This document shows, piece by piece, positions 25,540 through 39,239 of a DNA stretch of 64,000 nucleotides. How positions within the stretch are numbered: position 1 is the stretch's first letter; the number at the start of each line of letters is the position of its first letter. The translations under genes and the position numbers were made by a program. The stretch spans positions 35,960,001-36,024,000 of the forward strand of contig OX597815.1 of NCBI GenBank assembly GCA_951406725.2, given 5' to 3'. The DNA is from Octopus vulgaris (lineage: Eukaryota). Below the pieces are notes generated by a model. It did no database searches. It was not told the origin of the DNA and saw only the letters and a list, made by a program, of their open reading frames with translations.

Positions 25540-26090
25540 TCACAATGTTCACAGGAAGTAGTTGGTAGTTTCTGCTATCCAGGTGATATAATCAACAGGA
25601 GAGTAAGGGCATAAGGCGAGGTTTCAATGAAGTATTACATCTTTGGCAACAAAAGGTTTCTCACTCTAAGTGAAGGGCAATTGGTATAATGCTTGTGTAC
25701 AACATGCAATGCAGCATGGTAAGGAGACATGGGCATTGACTGTGGGGAATGCGTAAGGTAAGCATGCTCTGATGGACATGTAATGTCAATGTGCTTGAAG
25801 AACAGAACACTGGTAAAATGAGTGGAATCAACTGTAATGTGCAAGAGATAAGACTGCACTTGGACAGATGTATGATGTGTATGAAGGATAACAGTTGGGT
25901 GAAAAAGTGCGAAACAATCCATGTGGCTGCAGCCTGTGGAAAAGAAAAGACTGAAGAATACAAGAAGTAGTGAGGCTAATATCAGGATACTGAACCTCAC
26001 AAAAAGAGATGATGAAAGACCTTGACAAGTGGTAGGACAGTCCAGTTTACATCAGCATGTAAAAACAAACATAAAATGATGATGATGATG
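25540..26090 (+). mobile_element. Degenerate RTE LINE 3' portion
   Basis: Homologous to 59895-60420 (caacaaaaggtttctcactc, tgtgcaagagataagactg); gatgatgat tail. Confidence 0.75.
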
Positions 26091-26703
26091 GGGGAGGGGG
26101 GAGGTTGATGGTGTTGGAGGGAGTGGTGAACACAAATGGCATGTCTTCATAAGCTTTTGCTTAATTCCTCTTCTGAATCCCAAAAGTGGATGAAGCAAAT
26201 ATCTGGCAACTACGCAGGACATTATTATAGGCAAGAGGCTTAAAATACACTCTGCACTAAAGTGAAACAAGTTATTAGAAGTAACTTCCTTTACTCTCCC
26301 AAAGATAATGAAATGGCTGTGACACAATTTGGAATCATAAATCAATAGCCAATAACCTATCCATTCAGCCATCTCACAGGCCATAATTCCTATAAGCTCA
26401 GTAATAATAACAACAACAAAAAAAAACTTATCTGACAAAAGTTAACTATGAGATATTATTCTCCATAATCAATAAATTCTTTAACCCATCCATTCTGCTG
26501 AATCACCATTAATTTCAACTTATTTGTTTCACTGCTCTTATCAATGTTGATGGAAACTATCACAGTATTATTGACCAATCAATCACTGTAAGAAATTCTT
26601 TGTTGCCATCAATAAATGAAACACTGGTAAATTGTACACCCAGAATGCTATGTTTCTTGTATTTAATATGCGCAGTTGTGAGAAATACAAATATTGTTTT
26701 ACT

Positions 26704-26928
26704 TTCTTTTATTCTTTTACTCTTTAACTCTTTTACTTAATTCGGTCATTTGACTGCAGCCATCCTGGTGCACTGCCTTTAGTCGAGCAAATCGACCCCA
26801 GGACTTATTCTTTGTAAGCCTAGTACTTATTCTAGCAGTCTCTTTTGCTGAAATGCTAAGTTACAGGGACATAAACACACCAGCATCGGTTGTCAAGCGA
26901 TGTTGGGGGGACAAACACAGACACACAA

Positions 26929-26993
<65 letters not shown>

Positions 26994-27162
26994 TATATAC
27001 GACAGGCTTCTTTCAGTTTCCGTCTACCAAATCCACTTACAAGGCTTTGGTCGGCCCGAGGCTATAGTAGAAGACACTTGCCCAAGGTGCCACACAGTGG
27101 GACTGAACCTGGAACCATGTGGTTGGTAAGCAAGACACTTACCACACAGCCACTCCTGTGCC
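26704..27162 (-). mobile_element. SINE family A (full length)
   Basis: Colinear with 16751-17163. Confidence 0.92.
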
Positions 27163-27589
27163 TTCTCTGACAATATTAGTTAAGGAGTAGCATTTAAATG
27201 ATATTAATGATATATGAATGTCTTCACAACAGTGTTCTTGCTGATATCTCTAACTTCTTTCATATATTAATGACATACTAACATTTATACAGAGAATATT
27301 TTTAGTTTGAAACTGCAGAAATAGAAACAAGCTGCTCTTCTTTTTTCCTATATCCAAAGTCATTAGAAATTTTTTCTAGTTCATCTTCTGTTGTCAAAGT
27401 AGACTTATAATTTACTGTTGTCAAACTAGATTTATCAACTTACAAGTTGAATTCTTTAGCATTTACTTCTCTGCCACAAAAACTAAATGCATTAGTCGCC
27501 ATTTTGCCACAAGATCTATTTTATTATAATCAAAGGTGTTTTCTCAGACCTACAGTTTTAATGATTCTAAACATTATTTCAGTGGAGTT

Positions 27590-28050
27590 TCCATCTTCCA
27601 ACCAAACCTACCAGAGCCATGGAACCTTGTAGAGGAGACACCGACTATATCCAGCTGGTAGCGTTTGGCCTCCTCCACTACTTCCTGCTCTCTCCTCATA
27701 AGGAGTGTGACATTCCAATTTCTAATACTTAATGGCTGTCCCCTCCTGAACCTATTTCATGGTCTTGGGTCACATCCTTTGAACTTCCTCCCCACACCTC
27801 CCAGAAGAAGCTGCAAGATTATTGCCGGTTGTACCAGAACTGAGTGGAAACTGCAATATATTTTTTAAACAAATCCCTTCACCTAGGATCTGAACACACC
27901 CCTTGTTAACTCAGACTATGGACAATGCGGTATGGTTGTTCTTTTTGAAACCCTTTTATACTGAAGCTTTTTGAGGCCTTATTCGAGCCAGGTGCCAATC
28001 TGGCATTTACATTTGACCTGCCATATTCACAAGTGATGGAAAGTAGGAAG
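27590..28050 (-). mobile_element. Rex3/Expander-like RTE 5' part (AP-endonuclease start)
   Basis: Minus peptide SIRNWNVTLLMRREQEVVEEAKRYQLDIVGVSSTRFHGSG (WNV..L / LDIVG motifs); right boundary uncertain. Confidence 0.7.
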
Positions 28051-28079
28051 CCGAATTGGATGCTAAAATTGTAGGTGCT

Positions 28080-28625
28080 CACAGAGTAATGTGTCACATC
28101 CATCATTCAATCCTCAGAAAAAGAGAAATAGATAAAAAGGCCAAATGCACTATCTTCAATTTAGTTTCTGTGCCTATCCTCACTAACAGTCATGAAAGTT
28201 AAGTAATGAACAAAAGACTATGATCATGAATATAAGAAGCTGAAACGGGGTTCCTCCAAAGGATCTCTGCAATAACATTACTTGACAGGGAGTTTAGCTT
28301 GGAAATCACGGAGTCTCTCCAGGTAGAGCTGCAACGTGTCTACATTGAGAGGTTACAGCTCCAGTACTATGAACATTTGATCAGAATGTTGCAGGAAAAA
28401 ATTGCAAGATGGTTTCTTCAAACTAAGCTAAACGGCAGGAAACTCAGTAGCAGACCAAGAATGAGATGGCTGGATAACATCCATAATTTCAGTTGGTCAT
28501 AATTGAGAATCCAGCCAGAAAACCTAATGATGACTGCTTCTAATAAGACCCTATGGAAGTGGTACCTGAGGACTCTACCCCAACAAACCTCCCAGGAATA
28601 GTAGGCAAAGATGGATAGATTGATT
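28080..28625 (+). mobile_element. Rex3/Expander-like RTE 3' part
   Basis: KAKCTIFNLVSVPILTNSHES...EAETGFLQRIS...IERLQLQYYEHLIRM...SRPRMRWLDNI; gatggatagat tail. Confidence 0.75.
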
Positions 28626-28960
28626 TATTTCAGTCCAACATCATCAGCATTGCTTTAATGTCTACTTTTCTATATTTGCATGGGTCAGGTGGAATTCAGT
28701 GAGGCAGATTTTCTGTCACTGGATGCCCTTCCTGTCACCAATCCTCACTTCTTTCCAAACAAAGTAATATTTCTCTATGGTCACATGCGTTTTCATGAAA
28801 AACTAGAAACAAACAATACCATTTGTATAATAGCAATATTTGTTTACAACTGGTGTATGATGTCAAGACAAGGGACATAAATGCACACAGAGACACACGT
28901 GTATGTGTGTTTGTGTGTACATATATGTGTGTGTGTGTGTATGTGTGTGTGTGTATGTGA

Positions 28961-29004
<44 letters not shown>

Positions 29005-29010
<6 letters not shown>

Positions 29011-29155
29011 GGCTTTTTAAATTCCATCTACCATATCTATACACAAGGCTTTTATTTGTCCAAAGCTATAGTAGAAGACACTGGCCTAAGGCGCCATGCA
29101 GTGTAACAGAACCTGAAGCTACATGGTTGGGAAGCAAACATCTTAACAACACACC
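29005..29155 (-). mobile_element. SINE family A-like head, degenerate
   Basis: gctatagtagaagacactggcctaagg...catggttgggaagcaaac. Confidence 0.65.
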
Positions 29156-31199
29156 CATTATCAATACATCAAAATTCTTGGCAGATGTCTTCTACCATAG
29201 CTTTGGGAATGGAACTAGTAAATGCTTCTCATAGAGACAATTCTTGTTCTTGGGACAGAGACTTAGTCTGTCACCCAGGGTAATGCCAACACAGTCCTTG
29301 GACACATTAAGAAGAATGCATTCCAAAGCAAGTATTTGGTGAAGGCCGCCAGTCTGAAGATAACTTCCTTCTAAAGTCTCAGAGGCTCTGAAAAGACATG
29401 GACATTGACCTTCCTATTCTGACTAAGCCATAAAGAAAAAAAAAGAAAAAAATTAATGTGAACACAGCATAGTGCCTTTGACTTGATATGAATTCATAAG
29501 CCATAAGCTGTAACAGCCACCAACTCCTTAACCACCATGATACTGCAATTTTAAAGATACTTGTTTAACCTATATAAGCTCTCGCTACACATATTCACTA
29601 ACAAATTTTCTTTGATGAAATATTTACAAGAAGGAAGCTGATTCACTCACTTAAACTTTTATTAGACAACCTGATTCTAGAATCATTCCTCTAACCGCAT
29701 TATGGTTTTACTATCTCCAGACTACACTAAATGTAATTTATGGGATGATGTCAATAAAACATACTGTTAAATAAATGGGTGGACACCAGAAATAATGACC
29801 AGTTAAACAAGTAAGATGTAATTCTCAACAAACTGGCTTTTACAAATGACAACAGCAGAAATCACCTTTTTTTTTTTTATCCTCTTTACATTTATTTGCA
29901 GAATAAGTCATAAATTGTTTGATTCTTCAAGTTCACACATTATCATGTTTTGTTTTCTACAGCTACTATTCAACCCAACAGACTGGGAAGAAATAATTGT
30001 TGTTGAGCAGCTTTTGCTAATCAACACTGAATCATGAACCTAACCAGCTTTTGGGGCTGCATTTAAAATATTTATTCAGGATTTTAGAACTTTTGGTTTA
30101 GTACTACAACACCACATGAAGTCTAGAAATACAGCATTCTTTTGCGTCACAAACAAGATACACACAAGATCAATAATATGTTACCTAATATATCCTAGCA
30201 CTTATAATGTTTCCATATTCCAGTCAAGTAACTGAAGCTAATATCCACAAAAAGAGTTTCTAAGTAAATCCTGAACAACATTGTAAAGACTTAGGTCTCA
30301 CATATTCAAATATAATTCTTTGATTCTAACATGAGTCTAATAAGTAATTTTTAATTATGTACAGGGTCTCATTACATAACAAGAATATTAGCATTTTATG
30401 TTCCAAAATATGTTAAGGGAATCAAATATTTAAAACTGAAGGCATTTCTCAATAGTAAACAAGAAGTGTAAAATATATATCAATCAGAAAAATTGCACTC
30501 ATAAGACATTCTAAACTTTTTAAAAGCACGGAATTATCTAAGATAATCAACTGAATAGAAATTCTGGTCATGTTTTCAAAAAGTATGAGTAAGAATATGA
30601 GAAAATAATTTCTTCAACTCTTCAGATAGATGTCTTGCTGTAGAGTAGATACATGGATACTCCAGATGGAAAAGAAAGGAAAGTCAGAGAGTAAGGTAAG
30701 GAGAGCAATAGTGAGAGAGATGATGGCAAAGGTAAGTCAGGACATGCTCTTGAGGGACATTGGGAAAGTGAGAATAAGTAAGCTGATATAGAGGTTTGAA
30801 CTGGGTGAGTGGGCAGAATAGAGGTGACTGTAGCAGATGGTGGAGAGAAATATAGGAGAGGCTCAGGGAAGTGGGAGTGCAGTATAGTGATAGCAGATGA
30901 GTGAGAAGTTAATGAAGAACAGCACAAGTGAAAGAAGGCACAGAAAGGAGGTAACTGGTGGAAGAAGTAGGTGGAGGGGGGGATAATAGGAAATGGAAGT
31001 GATTTAGGGTGAGGGAAGAAACGTATGTGAGAAAGCAGGGAATGTAGTATGTGCCTATTCTACTCTCAGGTGATAGAAGTGATGGGTGTTAAGGGATGAA
31101 ATGTTGGGGGAAAAGGTTGATGAGGCAGAGAGGATGGAGGAGGGGAGGGGAAGAGCCCCTCATGGACAAGCATTACCAAAGTGGGATTAGGATATCAAT

Positions 31200-32460
31200 T
31201 CAGCAAGGTACCTGATATTTTGGTCTTTTGTCATCTCCTTTGTGAGGCTCAGTGTCTTGAGACAGGCTTTCAACACTTTGTCCCATGTCTTCCTGGGTCT
31301 CTCATTTCAACAAGTTCCATTCACTTTAAGTGATCAGTGCTTCTTTATGAAGCTGTCCTCATCCATACATGTCACATGACCAAACCAGTGTAGTCTTCTC
31401 TCTTGCACACTACATCTAATTCCTCTTATGCCTAATTTTTCTCTCAATATGCTAGTGTTCTGTCACACATGTACACTGATATTACACATCCAGCAGAGCA
31501 TACTAGCTTTATTCCTCTCCAGTCTTTGCATATTCTCTGCAATCAGAGCCTACATTTCACTGTCATGTAGCATTGCTGTTCATACATATGCATCACGCAA
31601 TTTTCCTTTCACTCAGAGAAACCTTTGGTTACCAACAGGTAAAAAATCTCTAATCTTTCTCCATCCAGTTCTTATTCCAGTAATTACACTTTCAGTACAT
31701 CCTCCTCCACTGCTAATTTGTGGCACTCCATCATTTACGACAATGAGGCTCCTAGTTGATCCAATCAACAGAACAGCCTACTCGTGAAATTAACGTGCAA
31801 GTGGCTGAGTACTCCACAGACATGTATACCCTTAACATAGTTCTCAGGGAGATTCAGCATGACACAGTGTGTGACAAGGCTGACACTTTGAAATACAGGT
31901 ACAGCAGAAACAGGAAGAAAGAGTGAGAGAAAGTTGTGGTGAAAGAGTACAGCAGGGTTCGCCACCACCCCTTGTCGGAGCCTCATAGAGCTTTAGGTGT
32001 TTGCACTCAATAAACACTCACAACACAACGCCCAGTCTGGGAATTAAAACTGCGATCTTACGACCATGAGTCCACTGCCCTAACCACTGGGCCACTGTGC
32101 CTCTACCCACTGCTAATTAAGTCACATAGGTAGCAGAAATTATCCACATCTAGAGAGCCTCCAGGGCAGCTGAGAAAATCAAATCCCCATGTATCTGCAG
32201 ACTTTTTGGCTCTTGTGCATCTTTCACATACAAACACTACTTTCTTTATTAATCTTCCTATTATTCCACTGCACCTCTTGTGTGTCCATAGATTGTACTG
32301 GGTACACTGAACAGAATTCCTGCCTACCCTTTCCCTACATACTGAGCAGGGCCATTTACCTGAATGGGGTAGGGGCCTGTCCATTTTCTTGCTTACTAGG
32401 ACCTTGGTCTTTGTTAAGGTCCTTTGATTCCAGGTTTTTGCTCCACACCTGGAATTTCAC
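31200..32460 (-). mobile_element. RTE LINE relic interrupted by a SINE C
   Basis: Minus peptides GKWPCSVCRERVGRNSVQCTQYNLWTHKRCSGI and VDNFCYLCDLISSG|GGCTESVITGIRTGWRK join across the SINE. Confidence 0.85.
31719..32106 (-). mobile_element. SINE family C inserted in RTE
   Basis: Colinear with 8657-9034; TSD ccactgctaatt at 31707-31718 and 32107-32118. Confidence 0.92.
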
Positions 32461-32549
32461 TCTTATTTTTATACTGATTACATGGAACGCTTTAAAACCG
32501 AGAGGACTAAAACTTTATATAACACAACTTTATAACAAAACTTTATATA

Positions 32550-32720
32550 AAATCTGCTTTCCATGCTAGCATGGGTTGGACATTTTAACAAAAATTGGCA
32601 AGCCAGAGGACTGCATCAAGCTCCAGTATCTCCTTTGGCATGGTTTTTATGGCTGGATGCCTTTCCTAACACTAACCAGTTTACAGAGTGCTTTTTATGT
32701 GGCCACACACTAACAATGTC
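32550..32720 (-). mobile_element. RTE 3'UTR fragment
   Basis: ctgctttccatgctagcatgggttgg...gctggatgcctttcctaacac. Confidence 0.75.
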
Positions 32721-33469
32721 AACAGCTCCTTCTTGGTTGAAATTGTCTAAAACTCTAGCTAATGAAAAATACTCCATTTAATAAATGCTTTCTATTTTTA
32801 ACTTTTGATTTTCTTTTCAAAGAAAACAAAGTTTTGAAAGAGCTAACAGACATTTGCAAATCCATTTAGCTCTTACATATGTAATATAGTAATTTGAAAA
32901 ACTTCAATTACTTGAGATTACCCAAGCAATTAATTGATAAAATCGCCCTCAAGAGGAGTTTAAATCTAAGAGCAACAAGTAATAATAGAAATAAGATATA
33001 TTGATCAAAATTGTTGGACAATACAGATAATGCAGACTGGAGTCTAACATTTACATATTGATTCCATCAAAGAATATGCAATTCTTTCAGACTCAAGAAA
33101 GAATATTGATATTGTTTTCATGTGGATTTAGTCTAATTTTTTTTGTTTTCTTTCCATGTGGAAACTTAGATTAAAATATAAAACTAGTTTACTGAATTTA
33201 ACCATCTCAGAAATGTTATCTAAGTTTACTTAAAATTCCGAAATAAAGGGGTGAAACTTTCTAAACAGATGCATAAGAGAATAAAAAAAAACACAGACTA
33301 CAAAATAAAATTAAGCACACAAAGCAACTATGTTTAATACATAAAGTTGAAATAACTAATTAAAAGGATGGAAACACAAAGCTTATTTTGTGAAGAAGGA
33401 ATGCAATGACTGAAGAATGAATTTCTATAGAATGTTGCTAAAAAAACTGAAGATCAGTAAACATGGATT

Positions 33470-33900
33470 TCATATTTTGACACAAGGCCAGTAATTTCAG
33501 GGGAGAGAGAAAGTCAGTTACATTGACCCCAGTGTACAACTGGTACTTATTTTATTGACAAACCCACCCACCCCACACACACACCACTACCTATTTCTTT
33601 ACTACCCACAAGGGGCTAAACACAGAGGGGACAAACAAGGACAAACAAACAGATTAAATCGATTACATCGACCCCAGTGCGTAACTGGTACTTATTTAAT
33701 CGACCCTGAAAGGATGAAAGGCAAAGTCGACCTCAGCGGAATTTGAACTCAGAACGTAACAGCAGACAAAATACGGCTACGCATTTCGTCTGGTGTGCTA
33801 ACGCTTCTGCCAGCTCGCAGCCACCACCACCACCAAAAGGATGAAAGGTAAAGTCAACCTTGGGGGAATTTGAACTTAAAATGTAAAGACAGACAAAATG
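33470..33900 (-). mobile_element. Older SINE B (33470-33558 and 33835-33900) with a younger SINE B (33587-33820) nested inside
   Basis: The two halves of the consensus are split at ttgac..aaaggatgaaagg; the inner copy is near-identical to 52024-52258. Confidence 0.82.
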
Positions 33901-34547
33901 CCAGCTTGCCACATTAAGACCAGTATGTACTGAAATAATAAACATACACCAAATAGATATAATTCTTATCACAGTATGGCGATATAGCCAGGGAAACTTC
34001 TCTATGAACAACACCTTCCAATGTAACAGAAACTGTGTGTACATGTGAGTATAGGCACACCCATACACACATGCACTTGCAGAGCATCCAATTATTACAG
34101 GAAACACTTAAAGACTGATTCCTAATACACCTTATGTAAATCTAAATTCCAAGCTAGTCTTTAAGCTAAAATTAGATACCCAAAATAACACATTCATAGC
34201 CATTTCTAGGTGTACAATATACTTCAGTAGGTGGTATACTGAATATGTGAATATATGAATGACATAAACTAGAAACGGTGGGGGGGAGGGGTGTCTCTTC
34301 TATAAATTGATCTAAAATAGGTGCTGAGGATTAATGATGGCTTAATTGGTTTTCCTTTGCTTCCATTTTCTTAAATAAGAAAAATACTAAAAGTAGAGAT
34401 CATTCACTGAATGGAGTCTTTTACATTTGCTTACTGCCTTACACAATTCCAACCAAGAAGTTGGCCTACACATATACACATACATATGTGTGTGTGTGTG
34501 CGTGTGTGTGTGTGTACATATGCATATATATGGGTATATGTGAGTGT

Positions 34548-34591
<44 letters not shown>

Positions 34592-34703
34592 TATCGTCGA
34601 TGTATCATAAATCTGAAAAAGAAGCACATTCTAAAGCATAAAGTAGTTGATATATATGCATATATTTATCTATCTATCTATTTATATATATATGTACATA
34701 TAC

Positions 34704-34736
<33 letters not shown>

Positions 34737-34843
34737 ATTAATAATAATAATATTAGGGAGTAAACTTACAGGGAAAAATTAGATTTAGGATTAAATCTAA
34801 TTTTATAGTATAAATATATATATATATACATACATATACATAT

Positions 34844-34844
<1 letters not shown>

Positions 34845-34905
<61 letters not shown>
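34845..34905. repeat. (GATA)n within a TA/CA-rich low-complexity block (34470-34965)
   Basis: Direct reading. Confidence 0.95.
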
Positions 34906-35645
34906 GTAAATATATGTACATATACATGTGTTTGTGTGCACATGCGCATATATACATATATATACTGTCAGTTGAAATAAAGAAATTAGCTAAAATATAA
35001 TAGTCATTTCCGTTTTGAAGCTTTCTATATAACCAGTATAAAATTAAGAATGAAAACAAATGTACTTTTATAAAGATAATCTTGCTATTTGATAGCTAAA
35101 TTTGGTGCCTTTGCAACAGTGCTCTATTTTTAGCATGAAATTAATCCAACCTAACTTTTACCATTTCATTCCTCTAAATCTGAACAAATAGGGAAGAGTT
35201 GAAGCAATTATTTTCCCATATTCTTACATATGCTTTTCAAAAACAAGACCTGAATAGAATATTCAACTTGTTAACTCTATTTATTTATTTTAGAAACTTT
35301 AGAATTTCTATTATAACTGCAATAGCTGTCATTAACACTGATACCAAATATTTCACACTCATTGCTTTTCACTGAGAAATGCAATCAATTCTAAACATTT
35401 GGCTCCCATAACATAAATTTCAGGACAGAATTTCAAATGATTTGGTAGTTAAAACCCCACAATGCCTGTAAACTGGTTTTCATAATGGCAAGTTAAGTGT
35501 TTTGATAGAATGATACAAATATGCAAGATTTACTAACAAAAGAGCAACAATCCCACCAAGGGAACAGTGAGCATTTTGCTCTTTACTGTCTCAGACTGAT
35601 GCTTGTAATGTCTGTCATTTTACATTGAAAATCTTTGCAATTCAT

Positions 35646-36040
35646 CTCTTTTACTCTTTTACATGTTTCAGTCATTTGACTGTGGCCATGCTGGAGCACC
35701 GCCTTTAGCCGAGCAAATCGACCCCGGGACTTATTCTTTGTAAGCCCAGTACTTATTCTATCGGTCTCTTTTGCCGAACCGCTAAGTGACGGGGACATAA
35801 ACACACCAGCATCGGTTGTCAAGCAATGCTATGGGGACAAACACATACACACACATACATATATATATACATATATACGACAGGCTTCTTTCAGTTTCCG
35901 TCTACCAAATCCACTCACAAGGCATTGGTCGGCCCGGGGCTATAGCAGAAGACATTTGCCCAAGATGCCACGCAGTGGGACTGAACCCGGAACCATGTGG
36001 TTGGTTAGCAAGCTACTTACCACACAGCCACTCCTGCACC
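35646..36040 (-). mobile_element. SINE family A (full length)
   Basis: Colinear with 16751-17163. Confidence 0.92.
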
Positions 36041-36072
36041 TATATAAGCCACTCCTGCTCATAATCTTTAAT

Positions 36073-36283
36073 ATTCTTTTCTACTTTAGGCACAAGGCCC
36101 GAAATTTTGGTGGGAGGGAGCCAGTTGATTAGATCGATCCCAGTACACAACTGGTACTTAATTTATCGACCCGGACAAGATGAAAGGCAAAGTCGACCTT
36201 GGTGGAATTTGAACTCAGAATGACAGACGAAATACCGATAAGCATTTCACCTGATGTGCTAATGTTTCTGCCAGCTCGCCACC
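36073..36283 (-). mobile_element. SINE family B
   Basis: Consensus match; flanked by a direct repeat tcataatctttaatatt (36059-36075 / 36285-36301), the probable TSD. Confidence 0.88.
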
Positions 36284-36304
36284 TTCATAATCTTTAATAT
36301 TGTT

Positions 36305-36520
36305 GTAGTGAGCTGACAGAATCATTAGAAGGCCAAGAAAAAATGCCCAGCAATATTCCATCTGTCTTTACTATCTGAGTTCAAATGTTGTCAGAGTTCA
36401 CTTTGCCTTTTATCCTTTTGGGGTCGATGAAATAAGTGCTAGTTGAACACTGGGGTTGATATAATCGACTTACCTTCTCTCCACAAACTGCTGGCCTTGT
36501 ACCAAAATTTGAAACCAATA
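36305..36520 (+). mobile_element. SINE family B, older copy, head-to-head with the previous one
   Basis: gtgagctgacagaatcattag...gagttcaaat...tttgccttttatccttttggggtcgatgaaataagt. Confidence 0.82.
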
Positions 36521-37015
36521 TTGTTATATACACGTGCACACACATGGGCGCACACACACTGATAGGATTTGAAATTTGTTAATCTCATTATTCAAGTTTC
36601 ATTAGATGATTGCCTTCCCTCAGCATGAAACTTGAATTAATGAAGCGGTGAAATTTCAAATCTTAAAACTTTTTGCACACACACACACACACACACACAT
36701 TCTATAGAGAATACACTCTCTGATTCCTATACTTCAATTTTTAAAAAATCAATTTGATGGAAGAAGCCAGTGTGTATGTGTGTGTGTGTTGTTTTGGTAT
36801 CCAATTTGAAAGAGAATGAAGAACATTTGTTCAATAACTAAAAGAAAACCCCGCAAAAATCTCAGTAAAATTCATTCAGTCACTTTCTTAAGTCTTACAG
36901 CATCTTTAACTAAGCATTGAACCATGAAAGTCTCCTTCACTATAACTCCAATTTTCAGAAGGATTAACACAGAACACACACACACACAGATGCACACGTA
37001 CATACACACGCACAT

Positions 37016-37023
37016 TCTCTCTC

Positions 37024-37098
<75 letters not shown>

Positions 37099-37105
37099 CT
37101 CTCTT
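37016..37105. repeat. (CT)n microsatellite
   Basis: Direct reading. Confidence 0.97.
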
Positions 37106-38302
37106 TTAGGACAAGCTCCGTTGGACATTTTTGAAATGCATTCAACAACGAAATCACCCTTTAAGAACAGGGCGAACGAAACAATCGATTATGCGTGGTT
37201 GTAAATGAAAGAGAAAAAAGAGGGAAAGAGACGGAATGAGAGAATGATTGAAAGACGGAAGGAAAGAAGAAGAAGAGTATGGAAGGGAAGGAGATGATGG
37301 CTAAAAATAGCAAGGAATATGACTTTCTTCAACAGTAAAACGGTAACAAGCATAGCACCAGATTTCGGCGCAGCTGTCTGAGTAAAATCAATCTGTCAGA
37401 CGAATTAAGAATTTTTTTTTTCGTTATCACTTTTTTTAATAAATGTGGGAGGCAAATGATAACAGACGGGGTGGAAACGGGAAAAGTTTAGAAACATCAG
37501 GCAACGTAATATGTTGCCTATACACACACACACACACACACACATAAATATGAGTGATTCTTTCATTGATCGATTGGTTGGTAAGAACTAGGGATGAAGT
37601 AAGTATGCAATACATGGATTGTGTGTATATTTTATTGGAGGCTGAAGCATCTCGATTTGCAATTCCGAATTAAGCAACTGCCGATTAATCAATCGTTTAA
37701 ATAAGCGGCAACGTGAAACTCAGTTGAGAATTTTAAAAGCTTCAGCTGTTCCTACTGTTTGTTGCTAATAATAATAATAATAATAATGGTAGTAGTAGTA
37801 GTAGTAGTAGTAGTAGAACAAGAAGAAGAAGAAGACGAAGAAGAAGAGAGGCGGTGTGCGTGAGATTATGCGTGTGCATTGATAGTAGTGTTTTTATTAA
37901 AAATTAAAGTATAAATCAGTAAGGATCCATTCAAACGAATCTGAATTATAGTTAATTTAACAGGGAGTGTAAGAAACCATTGATCTAAAAATACAATAAT
38001 GTCTAATATAAAAATCTAAGCAAAATGCGGGAGATTCCTCTTTAGGGGGCAGTTGTAGGAAGGCTATGGTACGTATGCATGCTCGCTCTTAACTCGCGCT
38101 ACAATAATGTTGGCTCTTAACTCTGGCGAATTTTAGTAATTCCAACCGAAAATATAAAAGGGATTTTGAATACCTTTACAACTCATCGAATAACATTCTA
38201 ATCATGCATGCACCCAGTTTGGAGGTAAAGCGATTGATGATTACGACTACATATATATATATATAATGTAAATGGTATTTATATATATAATGTAAATATA
38301 TA

Positions 38303-38335
<33 letters not shown>

Positions 38336-38436
38336 CAATATATATATATATATATATATATAATGCATATACATATGCATATATATATATATATATATAT
38401 TAATGCATATACATATGCATATATATATATATATTA

Positions 38437-38481
<45 letters not shown>

Positions 38482-39239
38482 CATATATGGTTACAGGACA
38501 TCACCAACAGTAAACAACATGAAATACGAAAACAAATGAGTTAAATACGCAAATAACGAGTGAAAAAATGGGAAAAAAAGACAAGTAATACAAAGAATAC
38601 AGAGAACGACCCTTCATCAGTTCGACTGTCTATCTACTCCCCAGAGAGAGAGAGCTTGTATCGTTACAGTTTCTTAGCATTTAGCTTCCCTTCTCAGCAC
38701 CAATACCGGTCATTACCCGTACATCGCATTAAGATGACAGGAGGGAGGGTCAAGTCAAAAGGAAAAGTAATGTCATACAACTGTCACACATATATATATA
38801 TAATTCGTTGGCTTGTAAAAGTGCAAAAGTGCGTGTGGTACATTTGACACTTCCAAAATATAACCATTTCTGTGTTAAGGGACGATTTCAGATCAAAATG
38901 GAAAAAAACCCCGTGTAGATTGAATATATTTATTACTTTATACTTTATTTCGTCTATCAAACAATTGAGGGGGAAACTATAGCAATTTCTTAAAAAAGAA
39001 AACCAACTTTCTTTCCCATTTACTTGAATATGTATTGTTATTGCTAGGTCAGCTCTGATCCAGCAAAACTTTGATCAAAGACGTTCCAACTGTGACCATT
39101 TCGTCGTTTAATAAGACCCTATCAAGGATTACATTATCCAATGTGTCGTCACTTTTTTTTTTTTTTTTTTTTTCAAGATAGCAGAATTATGTTTTGAGTG
39201 AAATCTGGCTTTTATTTCTGGCAGATCGAGCTATACTAC

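Noticed and set aside
26400-27510. Possible integrase/transposase relic or ATG exon (MATNAFSFCGREVNAKEFN|gtaagt)
   Set aside because: The motif similarity is too faint, and the donor is phase 2, incompatible with the phase-0 acceptor at 4356.
38490-38640. Minus-strand CTGATGAAGGG in a Penelope-like repeat
   Set aside because: No suitably placed GAAA box or stems in this copy, so a hammerhead cannot be supported.
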